Source of the DNA: Steroidobacteraceae bacterium
GTDB taxonomy: Bacteria; Pseudomonadota; Gammaproteobacteria; Steroidobacterales; Steroidobacteraceae
Direction: 5' to 3'
DNA length: 64,000 nucleotides
Assembly: GCA_017853175.1 (NCBI GenBank)
Contig: JAFMKA010000002.1
Location: 41,651-105,650 of the forward strand
Made by a program: the position numbers and the translations under genes. Shown here piece after piece: positions 57,198-64,000 of the stretch. Every line of letters begins with the position of its first letter. Position 1 is the first letter of the stretch. The notes under the pieces were generated by a model. The model ran no database searches. It was not told the origin of the DNA and saw nothing but the letters and a program-made list of their open reading frames with translations.

Positions 57198-57307
57198 TGA
57201 ACGTAGAGCGTTCCCCGCTTCTATCCCTCCCTGAGCGGGCCCCGGCCATGAGACCTGTGCCGGGTTCGTCTGCCCCCGGTCACCGCAAGGTTTCCGGGGG
57301 TTTTTTT
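57198..57307 (+). ncRNA. candidate sRNA in the polA-engB spacer (positional equivalent of Spot 42 / ErsA)
   Basis: No ORF. Four consecutive hairpins: GAACG/CGTTC 57199-57213; CCCGCT/AGCGGG 57214-57239 with loop UCUAUCCCUCCCUG; CCCGGC/GCCGGG 57241-57264; CCCCCGG/CCGGGGG 57273-57300. A T7 run follows. The 5' end is inferred from the promoter. Confidence 0.55.
57273..57307 (+). terminator. Rho-independent terminator of the sRNA candidate
   Basis: A 7-bp GC stem (57273-79 / 57294-300), a 14-nt loop, then TTTTTTT (57301-07). It abuts the engB stop codon on the other strand. Confidence 0.7.
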
Positions 57308-57986
57308 ATGACCTAGCGCTCGCCCAAAGTTCATCGAGCCGATCGCGCGCCTCGTCTACCCCCAAACCCGAATGCGCCGAGAATAACTGGGCCGTCGCGA
57401 CCTCGCCGAGGGTCGCCTGAGCCTCCCGCAACGCTGCAGCCCGCTCCGCCTGATTGAGCTTGTCCGCCTTGGCGATCAGCACGTGAATTCGGCGCCGAGT
57501 GGGGTCGGCCCACTCGATTAGCCCGAGATCCTCGTCCCGCAGACCCCGTCGACAATCGACCACCAGAAGCAGCCCCCGAAGGCTCTCCCTCTCTCGCAAC
57601 GCATCGAGTAGCGGGACCCATTTGCTGCGTTCATCGGCTCGGATGTCGGCATAACCGTATCCGGGAAGATCGACGATCCGATGCCCCGCCTCCAGCTCGA
57701 AATAATTAAGCAAACGGGTCTGCCCCGGAGTCTTGCTCGTCCGAGCCAAGGCCTTGCGCCCCGAAATGGCGTTGATGGCGCTCGACTTACCCGCATTGGA
57801 GCGGCCTGCAAAGGCCACCTCCGCCCCCGCGTCGGCCGGAAACTGCACGGGCGCCGCCACGCTCAGGATGAAGTTCGCCTTTGGAAAACGCGACACGATA
57901 GGACCGCCCGCACAGGCACGAAAAAGGGGCGTTAGTGTAAACTCCTCGGCCTGAAATCGACGTTCGGAGCCTGCAGAAATGTTCAT
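57306..57986 (-). CDS. engB: ribosome biogenesis GTPase EngB (YihA)
   Basis: EVAFAGRSNAGKSSAIN (G1), DLPGYGY (G3) and KADK (G4). ORF 57306..58133 trimmed to ATG 57986. An in-frame GTG at 57896 would give an N-terminus of E. coli-like length and remove the 8-bp divergent overlap with the cytochrome gene. Confidence 0.85.
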   Translation of the reverse strand: MNISAGSERRFQAEEFTLTPLFRACAGGPIVSRFPKANFILSVAAPVQFPADAGAEVAFAGRSNAGKSSAINAISGRKALARTSKTPGQTRLLNYFELEAGHRIVDLPGYGYADIRADERSKWVPLLDALRERESLRGLLLVVDCRRGLRDEDLGLIEWADPTRRRIHVLIAKADKLNQAERAAALREAQATLGEVATAQLFSAHSGLGVDEARDRLDELWASARS

Positions 57987-58629
57987 CGCCAAGCCCTTCG
58001 CTGCCGCACTGGCCACCGCTGCCCTCGCCGTCCTGATGGCGCCCGCAGCCCTCGCCAAGGGCAATGCCGAAGCAGGCGCTACCAAAGCTGCGGTATGTGC
58101 AGCCTGCCACGGCGTCAATGGCAGCAGCGTCAACCCCGAGTGGCCGAATCTCGCGGGTCAAAGCCCCGTCTACATTCAGGAGCAGTTGCGCCTGTTCCGC
58201 GCCGGACATCGAAACAACATGGTGATGTACCCGCTCGCCATGGCGCTGACCGACGAAGACATCGCTGACCTCGCGGCGTACTTCTCCACGCAGACCCCCA
58301 CGGGTCTAGAAGCCGATCCGACCAACTACAAATTAGGCGAAGCCCTTTATCGAGGCGGTGATCGCACGCGTAATCTGCCGTCATGCGCCTCGTGCCACGG
58401 CCCGGTGGGTCTCGGCAACGCAACCGCGGGTTATCCCGCGCTTCGCGCTCAGCACGCGACCTACACGCTCAAGCAACTAACCGATTACACAAACGATCAG
58501 CGTTACGTCGATATCGCCACCGGCACGCCGACCAAGTCGCGCAATGGACACATGATGTCCACGATCGCGAAGCGCCTCACCGAAGAAGACAAGAAGGCCT
58601 TGGCAAGCTACATCCAGGGTCTTCGCTGA
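57979..58629 (+). CDS. dihaem cytochrome c4
   Basis: Signal peptide and two CxxCH haem sites (CAACHG, CASCHG) in duplicated domains. Confidence 0.85.
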   Translation: MFIAKPFAAALATAALAVLMAPAALAKGNAEAGATKAAVCAACHGVNGSSVNPEWPNLAGQSPVYIQEQLRLFRAGHRNNMVMYPLAMALTDEDIADLAAYFSTQTPTGLEADPTNYKLGEALYRGGDRTRNLPSCASCHGPVGLGNATAGYPALRAQHATYTLKQLTDYTNDQRYVDIATGTPTKSRNGHMMSTIAKRLTEEDKKALASYIQGLR

Positions 58630-59318
58630 TGAAGGCTTTTCGAGCGGCGTGGTTGGCGGCCGTGGGTGTCGCCCTGATCGGCACGGCGATCACGCCCGCC
58701 CCGGTTGAGGCGCAAGACGCCGCTCAAGGTTTGTCGCGTTGGCAGGAAGGGCGACACTATCGCCGTATCTCACCCGTCATTCCGACCAATGTCGCTCCGG
58801 GAAAGGTCGAAATCATCGAAATTTTTTGGTACGGCTGTAGCCACTGCTACACGCTCGACCCCTTCCTCGAGCGCTGGAAGAAAAGCGGCAAACCCTCTCA
58901 TGTCGAGTTTGTTCGTGTTCCGGTCACCTGGAACGCCGGAGCCAAACTGCACGCTCGGCTTTACTACACGCTGCAAGCGCTGAAACAAGACGAGCGTCTT
59001 CATACCAAGGTGTTCGACACCATCTTCCGCACGGGTAACGGTCTTCTGGGTCGCGATGAAGCGTCGACTCTCGAGGTCATGGTCGACTGGGCGAAGCAAA
59101 ACGGTATCCAGGAAAAAGCGTTCCGCGATGCCTGGAACTCCATGTGGGTGAGCACCAAGCTGCGCCAGGCCGACGACATCGTTCGTCGCTACCGCGCGGA
59201 AGGCACGCCTTTCATGGCCGTGAACGGTCGCTACTCGACCGATGTCGGTATGGCGGGCGGCACACAGCAGATGCTGAATCTCATCAACGATCTCGCCAAC
59301 GCGGAGAAGGCTCGCTGA
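58629..59318 (+). CDS. dsbA: thiol:disulfide interchange protein DsbA
   Basis: ORF trimmed to ATG 58629 (1-nt overlap with the upstream TGA). Signal peptide. The thioredoxin active site FWYGCSHCY reads CSHC rather than the canonical CPHC. Confidence 0.85.
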   Translation: MKAFRAAWLAAVGVALIGTAITPAPVEAQDAAQGLSRWQEGRHYRRISPVIPTNVAPGKVEIIEIFWYGCSHCYTLDPFLERWKKSGKPSHVEFVRVPVTWNAGAKLHARLYYTLQALKQDERLHTKVFDTIFRTGNGLLGRDEASTLEVMVDWAKQNGIQEKAFRDAWNSMWVSTKLRQADDIVRRYRAEGTPFMAVNGRYSTDVGMAGGTQQMLNLINDLANAEKAR

Positions 59319-59349
59319 GCCTTTTGCGCGCGACTCTCGGATAGCGCGC

Positions 59350-60324
59350 GTGATCCGGTTTTTTAGGCTAGACGATACCGGGCTGCACGGCGAAACCCTG
59401 CGCGACGGCATTGTCGTTCCCGACGATGCGATCTGGATCGATCTCGTCGAGCCTTCGGCAGAAGAAGAAGCGCGTATCGAACAATTCTTGCGCATCGACG
59501 TTCCGACTCGTGAAGAGATGCGCGAGATCGAAACGTCAAATCGCTTCTATCAGGAGGGCGACACCCTCTATATGACGGCGACGGTGGTCACTAAACTAGA
59601 TACGGCTCGTCCTGAAAATAGTCAGATCACTTTTATTCTCACGCCAGATCGACTCATCACCAACCGGTATGTCGATCCGCTGCCGTTCCGTCGGTACATC
59701 GCCTATGCCGAGCGACATCCGGCGGTCTGCAATTCGGCCGCGGCAGTGCTCGCCGGTTTGCTCGAAGCCATGGTCAATCGAATCGCCGACGTGCTCGAGA
59801 GAACGGGCGACGAGATGGATGCTCTTTCGGCGGAGGTCTTCGGCTCCCCTAACGTCGTTCGACGGCGTGACCGTGATTATCGCGCGATCCTCGAGCGTGT
59901 CGGTCGAAATGGCGACCTGAACTCCAAGGCTCGCGAAACTCTGGGCAGCCTCGCCCGACTGATCGGATTTTTGCAGCAATCGACAGGACATCGATTCGAA
60001 GATGATCTGAAGGGTCGCCTTCACTCGATTCTCCGCGATGCCGAACAACTGAGCAGTCACGCGGCGTTCATGAGTAACAAGGTGCAATTCCTGCTCGACG
60101 CCACCCTAGGAATGATCAACATCGATCAGAACAATATTCTGAAAATTTTCTCGGTAGCTACCGTCGTGCTGTTGCCGCCCTCGGTGATCGGAGCAATTTT
60201 CGGCATGAACTTTGATGTCATTCCGAGCGCCCACGCAGAGTGGGGGTTTTGGGGCGCCCTCGCCATAATGACGATTTCCGCCGTCGTTCCGTTCGTCTAC
60301 TTCAAGAAGCGCGGCTGGCTCTAA
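59350..60324 (+). CDS. corA: CorA family divalent-metal transporter
   Basis: Cytoplasmic N-domain plus two C-terminal TM helices carrying the GMNF signature ([10 protein letters not shown]). GTG start. Confidence 0.85.
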   Translation: MIRFFRLDDTGLHGETLRDGIVVPDDAIWIDLVEPSAEEEARIEQFLRIDVPTREEMREIETSNRFYQEGDTLYMTATVVTKLDTARPENSQITFILTPDRLITNRYVDPLPFRRYIAYAERHPAVCNSAAAVLAGLLEAMVNRIADVLERTGDEMDALSAEVFGSPNVVRRRDRDYRAILERVGRNGDLNSKARETLGSLARLIGFLQQSTGHRFEDDLKGRLHSILRDAEQLSSHAAFMSNKVQFLLDATLGMINIDQNNILKIFSVATVVLLPPSVIGAIFGMNFDVIPSAHAEWGFWGALAIMTISAVVPFVYFKKRGWL

Positions 60325-60403
60325 AAAATCGCTTAGTGGGGCGTCCCTAGTTAAGGGCTTGACTGCCGGCTCCACCGGCGGAAACTTGGGGATGGAGGAT
60401 GCC

Positions 60404-62560
60404 ATGACCCGAGCCTTTCGTTTCCTGACGTTCTATTTTTTGACCGCTCTCGTTTGGCCGGAACAATCGATCGCGGCAGAATCTGACGACTTCCGCCACG
60501 CGCTGATCATCGGAGTCGCAGTGTATCGCGACGAGGAAGTCCCCCCGCTTTTTGGCGTCCCCAACGATATGGACAGCGCGCGCGAAATCGCTACAGCGAT
60601 GGGTATTCCTGCCGCGAACATCACCGAACTTTTCAACGAGCAAGCAACCAAGAACAACATCATCGCCGAGCTACGAAAACTCTCTCAGCGAAAAACTGAT
60701 GGCGGACGCATCCTCATCTATTTCTCTGGACATTGCACGCGCTGGCGCGAAGCGAGCTCCGGGGGTTGCGTCGAGGGTCTGCTCACCTGGGACAGACAAG
60801 TCATCGTCAATCGTGAGTTTGCACAGTTCGCAAGACCGCTAGGCTTGAAAGCCGACAAACTCATCATCATGTTCGACGCATGCCACTCCGGAGGCGTTGC
60901 GGGTGTGGCTCGCAATACGAGGTCGCTCGGTGGCAACGCGCTTTCCCCAAAATTCTTTATGCGTGCCGATGCCACAGACGCGGCATGTAGTAAGCCCTCG
61001 AACGTTCGCACGAGAAGTCTGATCGGCCCTGCTCAAGACGGCATCGAACCGCTGCCCGAAAACGTCGTGCATATCATGTCGGCCCGCCCCGACGAGGTGA
61101 GCTTCGATGAGCCAAGTCGCGGCGGCCTTGCCACACAGGCCGTTAAGCGGTGCCTACTCGGCGGTGCGACGGATACCGATGGCAGCGGAGGAGTGTCTCT
61201 GGCAGAAGTCGAAAACTGTTCTCAGGGCTTCATCCGCGAAAAAGTCGCGCGCTTCCCTGACTTACTACCCCACCATATTTCTATCTCAGGTCTCCGCAAT
61301 CTCGTGCCGGTCGCCGCGCAGAGCAGCGGTGCCACCCCTTCGGCCGAAGCCGTCCGCCTCGAAAAAGAACGACTCGCCAAAGAACAGCAAGAAGCCGAGC
61401 AACGTCGGAGAGCCGAAGAGGAACGAATCGCGACTCAGCGTGCCGAGCAGGTTCGGCTCGAGCAAGCGCGAGCGGCTGAAGAGCGGGCGCGAGCCGAAGC
61501 TGAACAATCGAGACTCGCCGCTGAACGTGCCGAAGCCGAAAAAGCTCGCCTCGCAGCGGAACGAGCCGAGGCCGAAAAACAGCGGCTCGCCGCCGAGCGC
61601 GCCGAGCAAGCCAAGCGCGAGCAAGAGCGCCTCGCCAAAGAACGCGCTCAGGCCGAAGCTGAAAAAGCTCGCCTCGCGGCAGAGCGAGCCGAGGCCGAGA
61701 AGCAGCGACTTGCCGCCGAGCGTGCCGAGCAGGCTAAACGCGATCAGGAGCGTATCGCTAAAGAACGGGCCCGAGCGGAGGCGGAGCAGGCCCGTCTCGC
61801 GGCGGAGCGAGCGGCTGCCGAAAAAGCCCGCCTCGTAGCGGAGCGTGCAGAAGCCGAGAAGCAACGACTCGCCGCAGAACGCCTCGCGCAGGCCCGACTC
61901 GAACAAGAAAGGCTCGCTGCGGAGGCGGCACTCGCCACAGCAGCCCAGGCCGCAGCAGCTCAAGCCGCAGCAGCCCAGACCGCAGCAGCGCAGGCCGCTG
62001 CACTACAGGCGAACACCCCTACGGCGGCGACCGGACCCAGCAGCGCGCCTTCAGCACCTGCAGCGGTCGGGGCTCTGGCCTCGCTCAAAGATATCTATGC
62101 TCAACGGGATACCCGGAGGAGCGTTACCGTCACCGTACCGAAGGACACTTTGCGCATCGATCAAGACCCGTTCACGATGACCGTGACCTCTTCGCATGCG
62201 GGGTACGTCTATGTGCTACTTCTCGGAAGTGATGAAACGAGCTTCTACATGCTCTTCCCTAACGCACTCGACGAAGCCAATCGCATCGAAGCTAACAAAC
62301 CCCTGAAACTTCCGCGCCCCCACTGGGGGGTCAATGCGGCGGGGCCGCCGGGGACGGATCAAATCTTGGTCATCGTTTCGGAGACGGCTCGAAACCTCGC
62401 CGTCTTGCCAAACCAAGCGAGCGGTGCCGAAAATACGTTCATCCTGACCCCCGCAGATTTGGGCGGACGTCGCCAACTCGTGAACTTCGTCATTGGCTCG
62501 GGTGTTTCGGGTGCCTCGCGTTTCGGTGCGAACTGGATAACCGTCAAGGAGGTTCAATGA
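60404..62560 (+). CDS. exported caspase-family (peptidase C14) protein with long coiled coil and DUF4384-like C-terminal domain
   Basis: ORF 60359.. trimmed to ATG 60404, with GGAGG at 60394-98. Signal-like [26 protein letters not shown]. Catalytic dyad contexts ILIYFSGHC and [11 protein letters not shown]. An E/R/A/K/Q helix of about 220 aa. The C-terminal [27 protein letters not shown] resembles DUF4384. Confidence 0.85.
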   Translation: MTRAFRFLTFYFLTALVWPEQSIAAESDDFRHALIIGVAVYRDEEVPPLFGVPNDMDSAREIATAMGIPAANITELFNEQATKNNIIAELRKLSQRKTDGGRILIYFSGHCTRWREASSGGCVEGLLTWDRQVIVNREFAQFARPLGLKADKLIIMFDACHSGGVAGVARNTRSLGGNALSPKFFMRADATDAACSKPSNVRTRSLIGPAQDGIEPLPENVVHIMSARPDEVSFDEPSRGGLATQAVKRCLLGGATDTDGSGGVSLAEVENCSQGFIREKVARFPDLLPHHISISGLRNLVPVAAQSSGATPSAEAVRLEKERLAKEQQEAEQRRRAEEERIATQRAEQVRLEQARAAEERARAEAEQSRLAAERAEAEKARLAAERAEAEKQRLAAERAEQAKREQERLAKERAQAEAEKARLAAERAEAEKQRLAAERAEQAKRDQERIAKERARAEAEQARLAAERAAAEKARLVAERAEAEKQRLAAERLAQARLEQERLAAEAALATAAQAAAAQAAAAQTAAAQAAALQANTPTAATGPSSAPSAPAAVGALASLKDIYAQRDTRRSVTVTVPKDTLRIDQDPFTMTVTSSHAGYVYVLLLGSDETSFYMLFPNALDEANRIEANKPLKLPRPHWGVNAAGPPGTDQILVIVSETARNLAVLPNQASGAENTFILTPADLGGRRQLVNFVIGSGVSGASRFGANWITVKEVQ
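61344..62010 (+). repeat. coding tandem repeat (41-codon/123-bp units plus a 15-bp Ala/Gln repeat) encoding a TolA-like helical spacer
   Basis: Units start at 61544, 61667 and 61790 ([41 protein letters not shown] and variants). They are flanked by looser ERLAKE-type heptads. GCAGCAGCNCARRCC x4 lies at about 61940-62003. Confidence 0.8.
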
Positions 62561-63060
62561 TTACCTTTCAATTCGTTTTTTTGGTCGCCCTTCTTGCGGC
62601 TCCTCCACCGAACCCGACGGCTCAAGACATCATTGACCGCCTGAGCGACGCGCCTGCCAAAGAAGCTCAGGGCAACCTTGGGCAAACGAGAAGTCTTCGA
62701 AATCTCGCTCCTAAGATGCGTGCCATCGACATGAACATTCAGTTCGAGTTCAACTCGGCAAAGATCACCCAAGAAGGGAGCGATGCGCTTCAGCAACTCT
62801 CGATCGCGATGAAGTCTGCGCAACTCCTCGAGTCTCGATTCGTTATCGTAGGCCACACCGACGCGAAAGGCACAGCCCAGTACAACCTCGACCTGTCTTC
62901 ACGACGCGCTCAGTCCGTTTTGGGTTATCTCAAGTCGCAAGGCATCGATATCGGCCGTCTCGAAGCGGTCGGCAAGGGGTTCAACGAGTTACTCAACGAA
63001 GATGATCCTCTCGCCGCCGAAAACCGCCGGGTCCGGATCGTCGCGGTGTCTACGCCATGA
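62557..63060 (+). CDS. OmpA-family peptidoglycan-binding protein
   Basis: ATGA overlap with the caspase gene. N-terminal hydrophobic signal. OmpA_C-like core FEFNSAKIT...[26 protein letters not shown]...ENRRVRI. Confidence 0.85.
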   Translation: MITFQFVFLVALLAAPPPNPTAQDIIDRLSDAPAKEAQGNLGQTRSLRNLAPKMRAIDMNIQFEFNSAKITQEGSDALQQLSIAMKSAQLLESRFVIVGHTDAKGTAQYNLDLSSRRAQSVLGYLKSQGIDIGRLEAVGKGFNELLNEDDPLAAENRRVRIVAVSTP

Positions 63061-63515
63061 AACGCCTTCGACTCCCGGTCGTCACCTTGGCGATGCTGCT
63101 GATCGCACGCGCTCTGCCGGCGGCCGAGCCTCTTCTGCTCGTCACCGAGGAGGAACTTCAAGCCTCCATGGCTGCCCCGGAGCCTTTATTCCCACGCTTT
63201 ACGCCAGAGCCCGGTGCACCACGCATTCTGGTAGAGACGCCGAAACTGAATGCGGCTCTGCCATCGCCTATCGCCATGAGATTGCGGTTTCAGGCCGCCG
63301 ATGGCACTGCCATCCGACCCGAGACCTTCAAGGTACGGTACGGGTCGCTGCGGATCGACATCACCGCCCGGATCACCGGGTCGACGGCGGTCACGGCGGA
63401 CGGCCTGGAGATCTCTCAAGCCGCCCTTCCCAAGGGTAAACACAGGATCATCTTCGCCGTGGAAGACGCCGCGGGACGTCTCAACGAGCGCCAACTTCAG
63501 TTCGAAATCATCTGA
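63057..63515 (+). CDS. small secreted beta-rich protein, no recognisable family
   Basis: ATGA overlap with the OmpA-like gene. Signal peptide [25 protein letters not shown]. About 125 mature residues with alternating beta-type patterns. Confidence 0.6.
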   Translation: MKRLRLPVVTLAMLLIARALPAAEPLLLVTEEELQASMAAPEPLFPRFTPEPGAPRILVETPKLNAALPSPIAMRLRFQAADGTAIRPETFKVRYGSLRIDITARITGSTAVTADGLEISQAALPKGKHRIIFAVEDAAGRLNERQLQFEII

Positions 63516-63530
63516 CCCTAGAATGGGGAC

Positions 63531-64000
63531 ATGCGTAACCCCATACAGCTGCTGAGCCCGAAACTCGTTCTCTCTTTGATCATCGCGTTACTCGTCACCG
63601 CCTGCGGAGGCGGCGGAGGCGGCGGAGGCACCAGCGGCGGCAGCGGAGACACCGGTTCCAGCTGCTCACTGACGAATCGACAAAATTGGGTCGTCTCGCA
63701 GATGAACGAGTGGTATCTCTACCCCGATACCCTCCCCAAAAATATCAACGTCGCAAACTACAACTCCGTCGATGCGCTCATCAGCGCAATGATCGCGACG
63801 GCAAAATCGCAGAACAAAGATCGCGACTTCACCTATATCACTTCAGCCTCGCAGGAAGACGCCCTCATCCGCTCTGGCTCGACGGCCGGCTTTGGCATCT
63901 TGCTCTATTACGATTTGACCGCTCGGCGCGTATTCATTCTTGAGGCTTATGAAACCGCGCCCGCTTACGCGACAGCCAACATCGACCGCGGCGACGAAAT
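63531..64000 (+). CDS. S41 family (C-terminal processing) peptidase lipoprotein, 5' part only (runs off the window)
   Basis: My own translation from ATG 63531, since no stop falls in the window and it is absent from the ORF track. Lipobox LLVTAC, then a Gly8 linker encoded by (GGAGGCGGC)n at 63606-63629. NRQNWVVSQMNEWYLYPDTLP and a PDZ-like FILEAYETAPAYATANIDRGDE are typical of S41 lipoprotein peptidases. Confidence 0.65.
   Translation, partial: MRNPIQLLSPKLVLSLIIALLVTACGGGGGGGGTSGGSGDTGSSCSLTNRQNWVVSQMNEWYLYPDTLPKNINVANYNSVDALISAMIATAKSQNKDRDFTYITSASQEDALIRSGSTAGFGILLYYDLTARRVFILEAYETAPAYATANIDRGDE

Noticed and set aside
58383-58628. 82-codon 5' extension of the dsbA ORF.
   Set aside because: It lies inside cytochrome c4 in another frame and is Arg/His-rich. 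The DsbA signal peptide begins at ATG 58629, coupled to the upstream stop.
59326-59363. GCGCGCG...GCGCGCG hairpin after dsbA, considered as a possible terminator.
   Set aside because: The stem is a self-complementary CG repeat that abuts the corA GTG. The only T-run lies 8 nt downstream, inside corA codons. This is not a convincing intrinsic terminator.
61107-61963. Alternative-frame ORFs across the caspase repeat region (61107-61838 plus strand, 61286-61963 minus strand and several shorter ones). I also considered whether the repeats are a CRISPR-like array.
   Set aside because: The repeats are in-frame 123-bp coding units of one long ORF with synonymous divergence. There are no spacers of unique sequence and no cas genes. 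The other frames are low-complexity by-products.
1-64000. Search for mobile elements, prophage, tRNA/rRNA/tmRNA genes, toxin-antitoxin pairs and known defence systems.
   Set aside because: No integrase, transposase, recombinase, terminal inverted repeats, cloverleaf-sized structured gaps or small paired ORFs were seen. All intergenic gaps longer than 100 bp are accounted for above. The AT-rich patches are short (200 bp or less) and are promoter-like rather than insertion scars.

Overview
This window is 64 kb of densely packed chromosomal backbone from a GC-rich (roughly 60% GC) proteobacterium. The gene order includes priA-argS-SPOR, polA-sRNA-engB-cytochrome c4-dsbA, def-fmt-rsmB-DUF4390-ntrYX, dprA-smg-topA and an acyl-ornithine-type carbamoyltransferase. 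This suggests a Gammaproteobacterium near Xanthomonadales/Nevskiales/Pseudomonas, but that placement is inference only. I call about 60 CDS, many joined by ATGA/GTGA start-stop overlaps. I also call one candidate sRNA with its own promoter and terminator, one promoter/operator candidate, one further terminator and one coding tandem repeat. I saw no rRNA, tRNA, CRISPR array, integrase, transposase or phage genes, so this is not an obvious mobile or defence island. Six things are most worth a second look. (1) A translationally coupled envelope module at 60.4-64 kb: an exported C14 orthocaspase with a TolA-like coiled coil and a DUF4384-like domain, an OmpA-like peptidoglycan anchor, a small secreted protein and an S41 lipoprotein protease. 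(2) An uncharacterised P-loop-like 359-aa protein wired by ATGA/GTGA overlaps into an arginine operon that lacks any visible N-acylglutamate synthase or deacylase. (3) A structured about 110-nt sRNA candidate with a sigma-E/AlgU-type promoter and an anti-Shine-Dalgarno loop, sitting in the polA-engB gap where Spot 42 and ErsA lie in other bacteria. (4) A red-chlorophyll-catabolite-reductase-like (bilin reductase fold) gene coupled to a GNAT gene. (5) A recurrent TAGAAT-N6/7-start-codon geometry that suggests leaderless mRNAs. (6) An NtrX-like regulator with a visibly degenerate AAA+ domain. All functional calls come from reading motifs by eye. No database search was run.
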